Source: Minisyncoccia bacterium (GTDB lineage Bacteria > Patescibacteriota > Minisyncoccia > UBA6257 > JAAZHW01). From it: DNA of 50,850 nt. This document shows positions 18,047-27,344 of the stretch, in pieces. Under the pieces are notes generated by a model, which saw only the letters and a program-made list of their open reading frames with translations, was not told the DNA's origin and did not search any database. The stretch covers positions 1 to 50,850 of the forward strand of contig JBFEPE010000004.1 of assembly GCA_041550235.1 (NCBI GenBank). Reading direction: 5' to 3'. Made by a program: the position numbers and the translations under genes. Each line of letters starts with the position of its first letter. Position 1 is the stretch's first letter.

Positions 18047-18418
18047 ATGAAAAAAGATATTCATCCAAAATATTATAATAATGCTAAGGTAAAATGTGCT
18101 TGTGGCAACTCCTTTGAGGTTGGTGCTACTTTAGAGAAAATTGAAGTAGAAATATGCTCAGCATGTCACCCATTCTATACCGGTCAAGAAAAAATAATTG
18201 ACACTGCTGGAAGAGTTGAGAAATTCAAAAAGAAAGTAGCCAAGCAAGAAGCATTGAAGAAAACCACTTCTTCTAAGAAGAGAATAGCGGTAAAGCAAAA
18301 GAATAATGAAGAGGTGGTAAAAAAGACAAAAAAAGTAGAAAAGAAAGAAACAAAAGAGGATAAAAAAGATAAGAAAACTGGCGACAAAGATAAGTTGTCC
18401 AAAGAGTCTGATAAGTAA
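18047..18418 (+). CDS. rpmE: Ribosomal protein L31 with lysine-rich C-terminal extension
   Basis: MKKDIHPKY start, CxC...[10 protein letters not shown] zinc motif. The start was moved to the internal ATG that matches the L31 N-terminus. Confidence 0.85.
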   Translation: MKKDIHPKYYNNAKVKCACGNSFEVGATLEKIEVEICSACHPFYTGQEKIIDTAGRVEKFKKKVAKQEALKKTTSSKKRIAVKQKNNEEVVKKTKKVEKKETKEDKKDKKTGDKDKLSKESDK

Positions 18419-18422
18419 AAAT

Positions 18423-19142
18423 ATGGAAAAAAATCAAGTGATTATGGAAATAAGGTCCGGGGCTGGCGGAAACGAAGCCTCTCTTTTTGCTGGCGACTTA
18501 TTAAGAATGTATCAAAGATTTGCCCAAACAAAGGAATGGAAAACGACCATCTTATCAATAAGCGAAACGGATGTCGGAGGAATCAAAGAAGCATCTATTG
18601 AAATAGTTGGAATAGGGGCAGGCATCTTAAAAAATGAAGCGGGAGTCCATAGAGTCCAAAGAGTGCCAAAGACAGAAAAAGCAGGAAGAGTTCATACCTC
18701 AACGGCATCAGTTGCTGTATTAGAAAAACCAAAAGATATCAAAATTGAAATAAATCCAAGTGATTTGGAAATAAGTTTTTTTCGCTCATCTGGTGCTGGT
18801 GGGCAAAATGTTAATAAGGTAGAGACTGCTGTGAGAATTGCCCACAAGCCAAGTGGTATTGTTGTTTCTTGTCAAAGCGAACGATCGCAATTAAATAATA
18901 GAGAAAAAGCAATGGAAATTTTAAAAGCCAAAATTTATTCTGCAAATTGGAATTCTAGTCAAGGGAAAATTTCTGAAGAAAGGAGGGCTCAAATTGGGAC
19001 GGGTGAGAGGTCTGAGAAAATAAAGACATATAATTTTCAGCAAGATAGACTTACTGACCATCGTATCAACAAAAAATTTCATGGATTAGAAAAAATACTT
19101 GATGGCGATTTAAATAAGGTTTTAAGTTTTTCAAAGAAATAG
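18423..19142 (+). CDS. prfA: Peptide chain release factor 1 lacking N-terminal domain 1
   Basis: [17 protein letters not shown] (PxT tripeptide, RF1 type) and [18 protein letters not shown] (GGQ). Only 239 aa. Confidence 0.85.
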   Translation: MEKNQVIMEIRSGAGGNEASLFAGDLLRMYQRFAQTKEWKTTILSISETDVGGIKEASIEIVGIGAGILKNEAGVHRVQRVPKTEKAGRVHTSTASVAVLEKPKDIKIEINPSDLEISFFRSSGAGGQNVNKVETAVRIAHKPSGIVVSCQSERSQLNNREKAMEILKAKIYSANWNSSQGKISEERRAQIGTGERSEKIKTYNFQQDRLTDHRINKKFHGLEKILDGDLNKVLSFSKK

Positions 19143-19175
19143 TCTGATATTTTATTGACTATATTTCCCCACTAG

Positions 19176-19203
19176 AGGTGGCACATCCGCCTCTGGCGGG
19201 CGG
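19176..19203. repeat. 28-nt GC-rich module AGGTGGCACATCCGCCTCTGGCGGGCGG
   Basis: Identical to 16134-16161. Lies between convergent prfA and rsmA. Confidence 0.85.
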
Positions 19204-19216
19204 ACACCCCCCCTTA

Positions 19217-19987
19217 TTAATAAAGGGCATTGCTTAAGACGAGCCAGTCTTCTCTTCTTAAATCTTCAGCACGGACTTTCTTATTCCAACTAATATCCTC
19301 AAAAACTTTTTCTAAAAAATCATTATCATATTCGCTTCTCAAATTATTAAAAATAGTCTTCCTCGGATGACGAAATCCCAACTTGATTAAATCAATAATC
19401 TCATCCTCATTCTTTTCTCTCTTTTTTTTTGGGATTACTTCTAATCTTAATATAGCAGAATCAACTTTTGGTTTTGGAGAAAAAGAATCCCTGCGAATTT
19501 TAGAGACAATCTTTGGCTTTGCCCAAAGAGAAATAATCATTGCTAATTGATTTTTGTTTTCTTTATTGCCCACAGAAATCCTTGAGGCAACTTCTTTTTG
19601 CACTACAAAGACGATTGATTTTGGCGGATTTTTTAATTTTTGAATCAATCTAAAAATATATCCTGTAAGATAATATGGAATATTGCCTATTATTTTATAA
19701 TTCTTTATATTTTTCGTGATACTTTCTAATATATCTCTTATATCCCCTTCTATCACTTTAAATTTTTTACTTGGCGATAATTTTTTTAAATCATTGATTA
19801 GGCGAGAATCTTTTTCAACAATAATTAAGTCATCCGTCTTCTTTAATATCTCTTTTGTTATAATACCCTTTCCGGGTCCAATCTCTAATATAGTGTCTCC
19901 TTTTTGAATATCCAAAGAAGAGATAATTTTTGATATCACTCTTTTATCTGTCAAGAAGTTTTGTCCCAATTTTTTAATCGCTCTCAT
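19217..19987 (-). CDS. rsmA: 16S rRNA (adenine1518/1519-N6)-dimethyltransferase
   Basis: KKLGQNFL, EIGPGKGIIT and GNIPYY. Confidence 0.9.
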   Translation of the reverse strand: MRAIKKLGQNFLTDKRVISKIISSLDIQKGDTILEIGPGKGIITKEILKKTDDLIIVEKDSRLINDLKKLSPSKKFKVIEGDIRDILESITKNIKNYKIIGNIPYYLTGYIFRLIQKLKNPPKSIVFVVQKEVASRISVGNKENKNQLAMIISLWAKPKIVSKIRRDSFSPKPKVDSAILRLEVIPKKKREKNEDEIIDLIKLGFRHPRKTIFNNLRSEYDNDFLEKVFEDISWNKKVRAEDLRREDWLVLSNALY

Positions 19988-20029
19988 TATATAAAAGATA
20001 ACAAATACAAAATAGCCCCTAAGGAAAAA

Positions 20030-21556
20030 CTACGGCAGACTATCTATCTTGAAGCTTAGGGTAAATTCTACACCATTTGCCTGCTTGATTATTGATTGAA
20101 TTGGCACTTCTGCTTCGGAGAAAAACTCACTCTTATTAATATTATTCTTGAAATCAATCATTCTCTGCTCAGTATTTGTCCAACCTCTGAATTGAATAAC
20201 CGAATCAGCCGAAGAAATACTCAACTTATTTATTCCAATCTCACTTGCCTGCTCCTGCCAAAACTTAAAAAACCCAGTCCAATCTCTTGTCCTATCACTC
20301 ACTGAAACTGCCCCGCTAATCAATTTATTAGATTCTTGGGCTACATTTTTTAATTCTTGAAATTGCTCATTATCAATTCTTAAATTTAAATTATTTAAAT
20401 CATTTCTAAAATTATTTTCTGAAACATTGAAAAATAGCCAAATTCCAAAAGAAGCAGCCATCATTAGAGAAAAAATCAAAATAACCATCTTGTTCCAAAA
20501 TGAGAAAAAACTCAAATATCTTCTTCTGCGATATTCCTCCTCTGTTCCCACCTCCATCAAACTAATTGAAACATCATCCACTCTATTGATTGCCCCTCTT
20601 ATGGCGGCTCCAGAAGCAGCAAAAAATCCGGGGCTAAAATCAAAACTTATTGGCTTTTTTGATACTGGTAAATTAAATTGCTTGGCTACTACCTGCTCCA
20701 ATGCCTCGCCATAAGCAGGAGAAAATAGATAAAAGCAGGACAATTTTCCTGAAAAACGATTGACGAAAAAACTAAAAACTTTTCTTGCTTCTTCATTTAA
20801 GACTTTAAAAAATTGCTCTCGGCTCAATTCTCCTTCTGATATGCCTTCTCCAATTGATGCCCTAACCGCCTTTTTCCATTCTTGAAAATAATTGAATTGA
20901 AGCCCATTCTTATTCATTGCACTAAAATCAATTCCCTCTGATGTGATTAATACGATTAGGCAACTATCTCCATTCTTATCAGGAATCAATCCTCCGTCAT
21001 TGAATAGTCGCCAAACACTCATTGCACTGAACTCAACAACCAGTGGGAAAAATCCACTTTCTTTTAATACTCTTAAAAATGGATCAACTACTTCTTTTTT
21101 AGCAAACACAGCAGAAATTTTATAATCTAATCCATTTTCCTTATCTGCTTGAAGTAGTTCCCAATCAAAGTATGACTCCTCAAATTTTATAGGAGATATC
21201 ATTTTTATATTTAATTCTACGGCTGTAGAAAAATCTTGAGAGGATACTGCTGGCAAACTAAATGTTTTGTGATAAACTGAACCGCTTGCCAGTGATAAAA
21301 CGGCATTCATTTGTTTAAATTTTGATAATTCAGGGGAATTTCTCAATGATACTAATACTTCTCTCAATTCATCGGGTTTTTTTAATAATCCATCCTCAAT
21401 AATTCCATCCTCCAATTCTGCTTCTAACTTTATTTTTACTTTCTTGTCTTTATCGTTGTTATCAAAAAGAACTATTTTTACATCGTTATCGCTTATTGAT
21501 ATCCCAGAAATTATTTCTTTCGGAGTTAAATATTTTATTATTTTTTTCCAATCCAT
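20030..21556 (-). CDS. Possible type IV pilus assembly protein (PilM-like actin-fold N-terminus, TM helix, PilN-like tail)
   Basis: Architecture only: cytoplasmic ~350 aa, then TM helix MVILIFSLMMAASFGIWLFF, then a periplasmic-type tail. No strict motif. Confidence 0.35.
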   Translation of the reverse strand: MDWKKIIKYLTPKEIISGISISDNDVKIVLFDNNDKDKKVKIKLEAELEDGIIEDGLLKKPDELREVLVSLRNSPELSKFKQMNAVLSLASGSVYHKTFSLPAVSSQDFSTAVELNIKMISPIKFEESYFDWELLQADKENGLDYKISAVFAKKEVVDPFLRVLKESGFFPLVVEFSAMSVWRLFNDGGLIPDKNGDSCLIVLITSEGIDFSAMNKNGLQFNYFQEWKKAVRASIGEGISEGELSREQFFKVLNEEARKVFSFFVNRFSGKLSCFYLFSPAYGEALEQVVAKQFNLPVSKKPISFDFSPGFFAASGAAIRGAINRVDDVSISLMEVGTEEEYRRRRYLSFFSFWNKMVILIFSLMMAASFGIWLFFNVSENNFRNDLNNLNLRIDNEQFQELKNVAQESNKLISGAVSVSDRTRDWTGFFKFWQEQASEIGINKLSISSADSVIQFRGWTNTEQRMIDFKNNINKSEFFSEAEVPIQSIIKQANGVEFTLSFKIDSLP

Positions 21557-21653
21557 ATTTCTTATTATACCCCAATTTTAAAAAATCAAAAACCTTAAAT
21601 TGTAGAATGCTTTTCAAGACCGCTATCTTTACCGCTATCTTTTTAAATAAAAT

Positions 21654-21700
21654 AAAAAAAAGATGGGTGGCTAATAGGTCTCTGTGCCTATTAGCCACCC
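21654..21700 (-). terminator. Intrinsic terminator of ORF 21725-22129
   Basis: GGGTGGCTAATAGG-8 nt-CCTATTAGCCACCC with a U-tract on the minus strand. Confidence 0.7.
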
Positions 21701-21724
21701 ACAAAAAAATTATTTTGTTTCATT

Positions 21725-22129
21725 CTAATGTCTTTTTTTAATCTTTGCGGCTACTTTGCTCTTTATCCAATCAATGTCATCTTCCGGTCTCATTGTAATT
21801 TCATTTCTAAAAATTGAAAATTTTACAGGATATCCAGTTTCCTTTGCTATTTGCCACAAAGCCTCAACTTCATCAAGAGAAACATCTCCATAATATTCAA
21901 TTTCAGTGAGGCTATTTTTTCCCCCTATCACTTCAAAATAACTCGCCTCATCCCTTGTATTGGGGTCAATCCATCCATACTCTGATAGCACCCCTCTTAT
22001 CCTTTCTATGGATGATGCCTCCCTTAATTCTTCAACAAACCCCCTGCATTCTTTCCGAAGTTCTGCATCTTCTAACTTCTCAATACATCCCATAACATCA
22101 ATAATCTTCATAAATTGTCTAAAGTTCAT
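21725..22129 (-). CDS. Hypothetical protein
   Basis: 134 aa ORF; no recognised motif. Confidence 0.5.
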   Translation of the reverse strand: MNFRQFMKIIDVMGCIEKLEDAELRKECRGFVEELREASSIERIRGVLSEYGWIDPNTRDEASYFEVIGGKNSLTEIEYYGDVSLDEVEALWQIAKETGYPVKFSIFRNEITMRPEDDIDWIKSKVAAKIKKRH

Positions 22130-22208
22130 CTTATTTCTCCTTTATTCATATTTTTTTACAAAAACCAACTATCTCTATAATGACAAATAAAATCACAATT
22201 GTCAAATT

Positions 22209-22313
22209 TTAGTCAAATAAAGATTTTGCCAAAAACTTATCAATATCCTCATCAACATCTTTCCAAACCCCCTTAAAATTCTTGATTAAGTCCTTATGCT
22301 CGGGATAACTCAT
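22209..22313 (-). CDS. Possible 34-aa ORF (MSYPEHKDLIKNFKGVWKDVDEDIDKFLAKSLFD)
   Basis: Fills the gap between two minus-strand genes. Below the ORF-track size cutoff; no RBS evident. Confidence 0.2.
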   Translation of the reverse strand: MSYPEHKDLIKNFKGVWKDVDEDIDKFLAKSLFD

Positions 22314-22329
22314 TGTCTTTTGATTAAAA

Positions 22330-22971
22330 TTATTTAAATTTTCTTGGCTTCAATAATGTAAAAATCTGCCCCTTTTTAATGTCGCTTATTTTAAATCCAT
22401 TATCATTTAGAATTTTTTCTATTTCATTTTTAGAAAATTGTTCTGATATGACCCCTAAATCCTCTACTAGAACAGTCCCCCTTTCTCTATCTTTAATAGT
22501 AAATTTGACAACTTGATCATACATTCTCACTCTTTCTTCTAATGCATTTTCGTTATAAATGCTTATAACCAACAATCCATCATCTTTTATAATTCTTTTT
22601 ATTTCTGAAAGAATACTATCTTTTGTTTCTCCAAAGTTCCCTAATGAATTAGTAAAAACAATATCAAAATAATTATCCTCAAAAGTCATTTTTTCAGCAT
22701 CTTCAAAGATTACTTCCACATTATTAAATTTTTTTAAATTTTTTCTTGAAGAATCTACTGCCACTTGATCATTATCTATTCCAAAAGCCTTTTTTACCAA
22801 GGGAGCCACCACCCTCAAAGTTCTTCCCATTCCGCAACCAATATCAAGAAAAATAGTATCCTTATTCATTCTTTCAATCAAAAATTTATCCTCCGCCTCA
22901 AAGAACTCTTTGAATGCCTCTGATGGATTTTTGGTTATATCATCCCAAGGTTGTGCTGTTTTACTTTTCAT
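22330..22971 (-). CDS. Class I SAM-dependent methyltransferase
   Basis: FLDIGCGMGR (motif I), GIDND, DIVF. Confidence 0.8.
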   Translation of the reverse strand: MKSKTAQPWDDITKNPSEAFKEFFEAEDKFLIERMNKDTIFLDIGCGMGRTLRVVAPLVKKAFGIDNDQVAVDSSRKNLKKFNNVEVIFEDAEKMTFEDNYFDIVFTNSLGNFGETKDSILSEIKRIIKDDGLLVISIYNENALEERVRMYDQVVKFTIKDRERGTVLVEDLGVISEQFSKNEIEKILNDNGFKISDIKKGQIFTLLKPRKFK

Positions 22972-23128
22972 ATTATTGTTTTTTTATTAAATAATTTATC
23001 GCTATCCACAGACAACATTTGACAACCGACCGCTTGATGATATATTATAAAGATGATGAGTAATTTCCTTATATGTGGGTCTCCGGAATGGTTACTCGTA
23101 AATAGCATATAGGGTTTTATCTTTTTTC

Positions 23129-23767
23129 TTATGGAAATAGCGGATTTTCTTCGGCTATTTTTTCTTTTATTAGATTGTAATATCCCTCATCATTATGCTC
23201 ATATTTTTTGAAAATTGCCCAACTTACAAAATCAACCGCTTGCAAAGATTTCTCTTGATAAGGTGTCTTTATTTCTATACTAATATCCACCTTATGATTA
23301 TTTGCTATTTGATTAGATAAATAGTTTTTAAAATTCTGATTCAAAAATTTATTAGTATCTTTTCTTGATGCTATCAAATTTATTTTTTCATTTGTGTTTA
23401 TTAGTTTTTTAGAATAAATCCTATCAAGCAATATATTGACAACAAAATTATAAAGAATATCTTTTTCATTTTGAAGATGAGTGAAAACCTTTTCTTTATT
23501 TAAATAAATCGTCATTACCGAACAATCCTTGTTATTTAATTGCTTTAATAACCTTTCTTTAGTTATTGGTTTTTCCTTAAAACAATGTAAAACCCCACCT
23601 CTCTTTTTATGGATTTTCTTTAATCCTTTGTGAGTATTAGAAACTACTTTTTCTATTGGCCTTTTCTTGGAAACAAAAAGGCAGGTTATTAAAAAATATC
23701 TTGATGTTTTCTTTTTTGAAAAATCAAATCCTAAATCTCCACTTTCATCTAAAAATATGTATGGCAT
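23129..23767 (-). CDS. DUF3800-like protein
   Basis: N-terminal MPYIFLDESGDLGF, and QAVDFVSWAIFKKYE near the C-terminus. Confidence 0.6.
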   Translation of the reverse strand: MPYIFLDESGDLGFDFSKKKTSRYFLITCLFVSKKRPIEKVVSNTHKGLKKIHKKRGGVLHCFKEKPITKERLLKQLNNKDCSVMTIYLNKEKVFTHLQNEKDILYNFVVNILLDRIYSKKLINTNEKINLIASRKDTNKFLNQNFKNYLSNQIANNHKVDISIEIKTPYQEKSLQAVDFVSWAIFKKYEHNDEGYYNLIKEKIAEENPLFP

Positions 23768-23914
23768 AAATTATTTATATTTCAAAGATTAAAACCAAGA
23801 AATGGGGATCTTGTCCTCTAAATATTTATATATTTTAACAAATAGATTATAACATATTTATTTTTTCTTCGCCCCGCCTTCAAATAAAAAAGCAGGAGCC
23901 ACTACCCCCGCTTA

Positions 23915-24397
23915 TTAATCCAACTCATCCACTTCCTCAATAAATTTATCAATTATCTCATCGTTCTTATCGAAACAAAATCTACATTTCAGTTTCTTAT
24001 TTTGCAAAACCAATGGAAGCCAAAACTTATCATCCTCCCACATCTTATCATAAGGAATATTTTTAATATCAAACCATTGAGGTCTCATTTCCTCTGTTTC
24101 CACTGGCTCGCCCTCCCATTCATCAACTATAAAAAGGTGAACTTGCTGGTCAAATTCTTTTTCTTTTGGAACTTCTGGAAAAAAGAAATCCATAATAGCA
24201 AGTTTTTTAGGATTTTTTATCCTCACTCCTATCTCTTCTTCTGTCTCTCTATATGCCGAATCTAAAACCGACTCTCCTTTTTCTTTATCAGGTTTTCCGC
24301 CAACACCATTCCATCTGCCTTTACCAAATCCTCTTTTTTTCATTGCTAAAAGAATTTTATTTCCCCTTTTTAAAATTATAAGTGATGCTTGTCTCAT
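23915..24397 (-). CDS. NUDIX hydrolase (MutT-like)
   Basis: Nudix box GGKPDKEKGESVLDSAYRETEEEIGV. Confidence 0.85.
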   Translation of the reverse strand: MRQASLIILKRGNKILLAMKKRGFGKGRWNGVGGKPDKEKGESVLDSAYRETEEEIGVRIKNPKKLAIMDFFFPEVPKEKEFDQQVHLFIVDEWEGEPVETEEMRPQWFDIKNIPYDKMWEDDKFWLPLVLQNKKLKCRFCFDKNDEIIDKFIEEVDELD

Positions 24398-24489
24398 AAT
24401 TACCTCCTCTTATTCTTATTTTACTCATCTAATTATCAAATACAAATCATTGCCTTGCTTTATTTCGATTTTTTAAAAACATAAAATCA

Positions 24490-25812
24490 TCACTTATCAC
24501 TGCCATCATCATCTACAAGTTGGATATCAACTCCTATTTTCTGAAGTCTTTTTTCTAATTTCTCATACCCCCTATGAATTGAATAAACATCCCTGAGGAC
24601 TGATTTGCCTTCTGCCCCTATCATTGCAACTAAAATGATTGCAGAAGGACGAAGGGCGGGTGGGCAAATAATCTCTCCTGCCCTCAATTTCGTTGGACCT
24701 TCAATAATAACTCTATGAGGATCCATTAAGGTAATGTCTGCCCCGAGACGATTTAATTCAGAAAAATATATAGCTCTTTTCTCCCATGCCCAATCATGAA
24801 TAAGAGTTCGCCCCTTTGCTTGAGTTGCGATTGGGACAAAAAATGGAAGATTGTCTTGATTTAATCCCGGAAAAGGAAGTGCATGAATCTTGTCTTCCAA
24901 AGCAACTAATTTTCCCTTAGAGGGACGAGTAAAAATATCAACTAAATCAGTTCTTTTATTTTTTGACTTATATTTTTTACTTATTTCATATTGAAATCCC
25001 ATCTTCTTTAATTTTAATAATTCCAATTCTAAAAATTCAATTGGGGCCCTCTTTATTTTTATTGATGAATTTGTGACAATAGAAGTCGCCAAAAAAAACA
25101 TCGCTTCAATAGGATCTTCACTTATTTCATATTCTATATTTTTTTTGATATTTTCCTTGCCGATTATTTCAATAGTTGTCGTTCCAATTCCTTTAATTTT
25201 TACTCCTAATTTTTCTAAGAAAAAGCACAAGTCTTGAACTTGATAATTTGCACTTGCCATTTTTATGACTGATTTTTTAGAAATTTGAGCCGCCATCATC
25301 AAGGCATTTTCTGTTACGGTGTCGCCTGTCTCATAAAGGACAAACTCGGATGGATTTAATTTTTCTCTCTCTATTAAATATTCATCTTTTTTTGTTTTTA
25401 TTTTTATTCCAAAATTTTCTAATGCAAAAAGATGGGGCTTAACTGTTCGACTTCCCATTCGACATCCGCCTGCCTGTGGAATAGAAAACTTTTTTAATCT
25501 CCCTGCTACTGCTCCAATAGTTAAGATAATCGCCCTTGTTTTTTTTGCTGCTACCTTATCTATATCCTCCATTCTTAATTTCTTTGGCGGATTTATAATA
25601 ATATCCCGCCCCTTTTTCTGTATTTTCACTCCTATGCTTTCTATTACTTCTAATAATCTATATATTTCCTCTATTTGAGGGACATTTTTTAAAGTGGTTT
25701 GTCCTTGATTTATTAGTGAGCCAATCAAAACGGCAACGGCTGCATTTTTTGAGCTATTAACTGATATTTCTCCTTTTAATTTTTTTCCTCCATGTATTAT
25801 AAATTTCGGCAT
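24490..25812 (-). CDS. murA: UDP-N-acetylglucosamine 1-carboxyvinyltransferase
   Basis: 440 aa; GGCRMGSRTVKPH with the catalytic Cys loop; typical N- and C-termini. Confidence 0.93.
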   Translation of the reverse strand: MPKFIIHGGKKLKGEISVNSSKNAAVAVLIGSLINQGQTTLKNVPQIEEIYRLLEVIESIGVKIQKKGRDIIINPPKKLRMEDIDKVAAKKTRAIILTIGAVAGRLKKFSIPQAGGCRMGSRTVKPHLFALENFGIKIKTKKDEYLIEREKLNPSEFVLYETGDTVTENALMMAAQISKKSVIKMASANYQVQDLCFFLEKLGVKIKGIGTTTIEIIGKENIKKNIEYEISEDPIEAMFFLATSIVTNSSIKIKRAPIEFLELELLKLKKMGFQYEISKKYKSKNKRTDLVDIFTRPSKGKLVALEDKIHALPFPGLNQDNLPFFVPIATQAKGRTLIHDWAWEKRAIYFSELNRLGADITLMDPHRVIIEGPTKLRAGEIICPPALRPSAIILVAMIGAEGKSVLRDVYSIHRGYEKLEKRLQKIGVDIQLVDDDGSDK

Positions 25813-25823
25813 ATTTATTACTT

Positions 25824-25908
25824 CGCCCGCCGAAGTTTTAACGAAGGCAGGTCTTATATTATTCCCCTCTAATAGAGGGGTGGTCAGCCTTTGGCTGGAC
25901 GGGGTGTT
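25824..25908. repeat. Mosaic GC-rich element (module E plus composite hairpin element, copy 1)
   Basis: 25824-25851 is CGCCCGCCGAAGTTTTAACGAAGGCAGG. 25864-25880 is CCCCTCTaatAGAGGGG. 25885-25897 is CAGCCtttGGCTG. 25898-25908 is GACGGGGTGTT. Confidence 0.85.
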
Positions 25909-25962
25909 TTTTTGCTTACTGCACCTTATTGTGCCACATTATACCACAACTTATCATTATAT

Positions 25963-25991
25963 AAAAAAGGATGTCGCCCGAAAGCGACATC
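25963..25991 (-). terminator. Intrinsic terminator of ruvX
   Basis: GATGTCGC-tttcgg-GCGACATC followed by a U-tract on the minus strand. Confidence 0.7.
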
Positions 25992-26012
25992 AATTGCCAA
26001 ATATCAATATTC

Positions 26013-26438
26013 TTAAAACTTATCTGATAAATAATTATCTAATATAATGGCGGCGGAGTGGCTATCTAAATACTCCCCCACCCCTTTTATATTATCTCCT
26101 CCCAAACTATCAATCAATGATTGGCGGTCCATTCTCGCCTGAGAAGAAGAAAATGCCTCGCTTATAAATTCAATTGGCAAATCTATTTTCTCACCTAATT
26201 TTTTTCCAAAAACCTCAGCTGACAGAGATGATTCAGTTGGCTCGCCCTCATTAGAAAGAGGAAGTCCAATAATTATTTTCTCTATTTTCTCGTTCTGACA
26301 AATATCCTTGATTTTATTTAAGACAAGTTCTTCTTTTTTATATTTTAGCACATCATAAGGAGCAGATATTTTTGAATCACTATCAGCCATCGCCAACCCA
26401 ATTTTCCTTTTTCCATAATCAATCCCCAATAATTTCAT
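26013..26438 (-). CDS. ruvX: Putative pre-16S rRNA nuclease / Holliday junction resolvase-like YqgF
   Basis: MKLLGIDYGKRKIGLAMAD; 141 aa. Confidence 0.85.
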   Translation of the reverse strand: MKLLGIDYGKRKIGLAMADSDSKISAPYDVLKYKKEELVLNKIKDICQNEKIEKIIIGLPLSNEGEPTESSLSAEVFGKKLGEKIDLPIEFISEAFSSSQARMDRQSLIDSLGGDNIKGVGEYLDSHSAAIILDNYLSDKF

Positions 26439-26448
26439 ATCTTTAATA

Positions 26449-27024
26449 TTATCTTAAAATAACTTCTAATAATTCAGGGAATTTATTTGTTCCCATATCC
26501 CCCTCCGTATAATGCCCATGATTTTCAAGTTCAATTATTTCTCCATCTAAAAATTGATGAAAAATTTTTATACTCTCTTTGCCTCCCTCTCCCTCATCAT
26601 CAGAAGTAAACATTATTATTTTTTCCACCCTTTCCTTGATTGTTTCATCAATTTGAAAATTATAAAATTTTCTTTTTATCTCATTATCCCCACTTGCTAT
26701 TTTCCAAGGAGCAACAAGAATTAATTTATTTATTTTTCTTTTTGTTTCTCCAAGCCAACGAACTAAAAAAGAGCATCCACAACTATGACCAATTAAAATC
26801 GTATTTTCATTAACCTCGTATTTCTCAAATTCATTTTTGAACTTATCATAATTTGGCTCCCATGGATCTGGCATAAGAGGAGTTTCTGCCTTTATTTCTT
26901 TTTCAGTAAGTTCTTTTTTAATCCAAGGAATCCAGTGCTTATCGTAAGTTCTTGTTTCAGGATTTAATGCTCTTTCTTTATTTGATGGGCATCCATGAAT
27001 AATTATACAATTTTGATTTTTCAT
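26449..27024 (-). CDS. Alpha/beta serine hydrolase, YdeN/RBBP9-like
   Basis: IIIHGCPS, nucleophile elbow GHSCG, C-terminal HGHY. Confidence 0.6.
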   Translation of the reverse strand: MKNQNCIIIHGCPSNKERALNPETRTYDKHWIPWIKKELTEKEIKAETPLMPDPWEPNYDKFKNEFEKYEVNENTILIGHSCGCSFLVRWLGETKRKINKLILVAPWKIASGDNEIKRKFYNFQIDETIKERVEKIIMFTSDDEGEGGKESIKIFHQFLDGEIIELENHGHYTEGDMGTNKFPELLEVILR

Positions 27025-27035
27025 ATATATTATCT

Positions 27036-27299
27036 TTATTCTGAAACAGCCATTATTACTTCATTGGCGATATCAGAAACATTAGAAATATCAACTTTCT
27101 CACTGCCATATTTCCCCCTTAGTCCTTGTAATAACTCATCAGCATAAGAAGGGGTCAATACTTCCACTCCTGAAAAGTCTAAAATCACATTGTCTTTCTC
27201 GGCAGATCCATTAACAATTTGAGCGATTCGTAAAAAATCCTCCCTGCCCGCAGGTCGGCCATTAAGAACAGTATTGAATTTTGACATTTGAATAATCAT
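27036..27299 (-). CDS. STAS-like (DUF4325-like) small protein
   Basis: ILDFSGVEVLTPSYADELL is typical of DUF4325. Confidence 0.5.
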   Translation of the reverse strand: MIIQMSKFNTVLNGRPAGREDFLRIAQIVNGSAEKDNVILDFSGVEVLTPSYADELLQGLRGKYGSEKVDISNVSDIANEVIMAVSE

Positions 27300-27344
27300 A
27301 TTTTAATAAGTTTTTTGTTTTAATTACAAATTTAATATCGCCGA

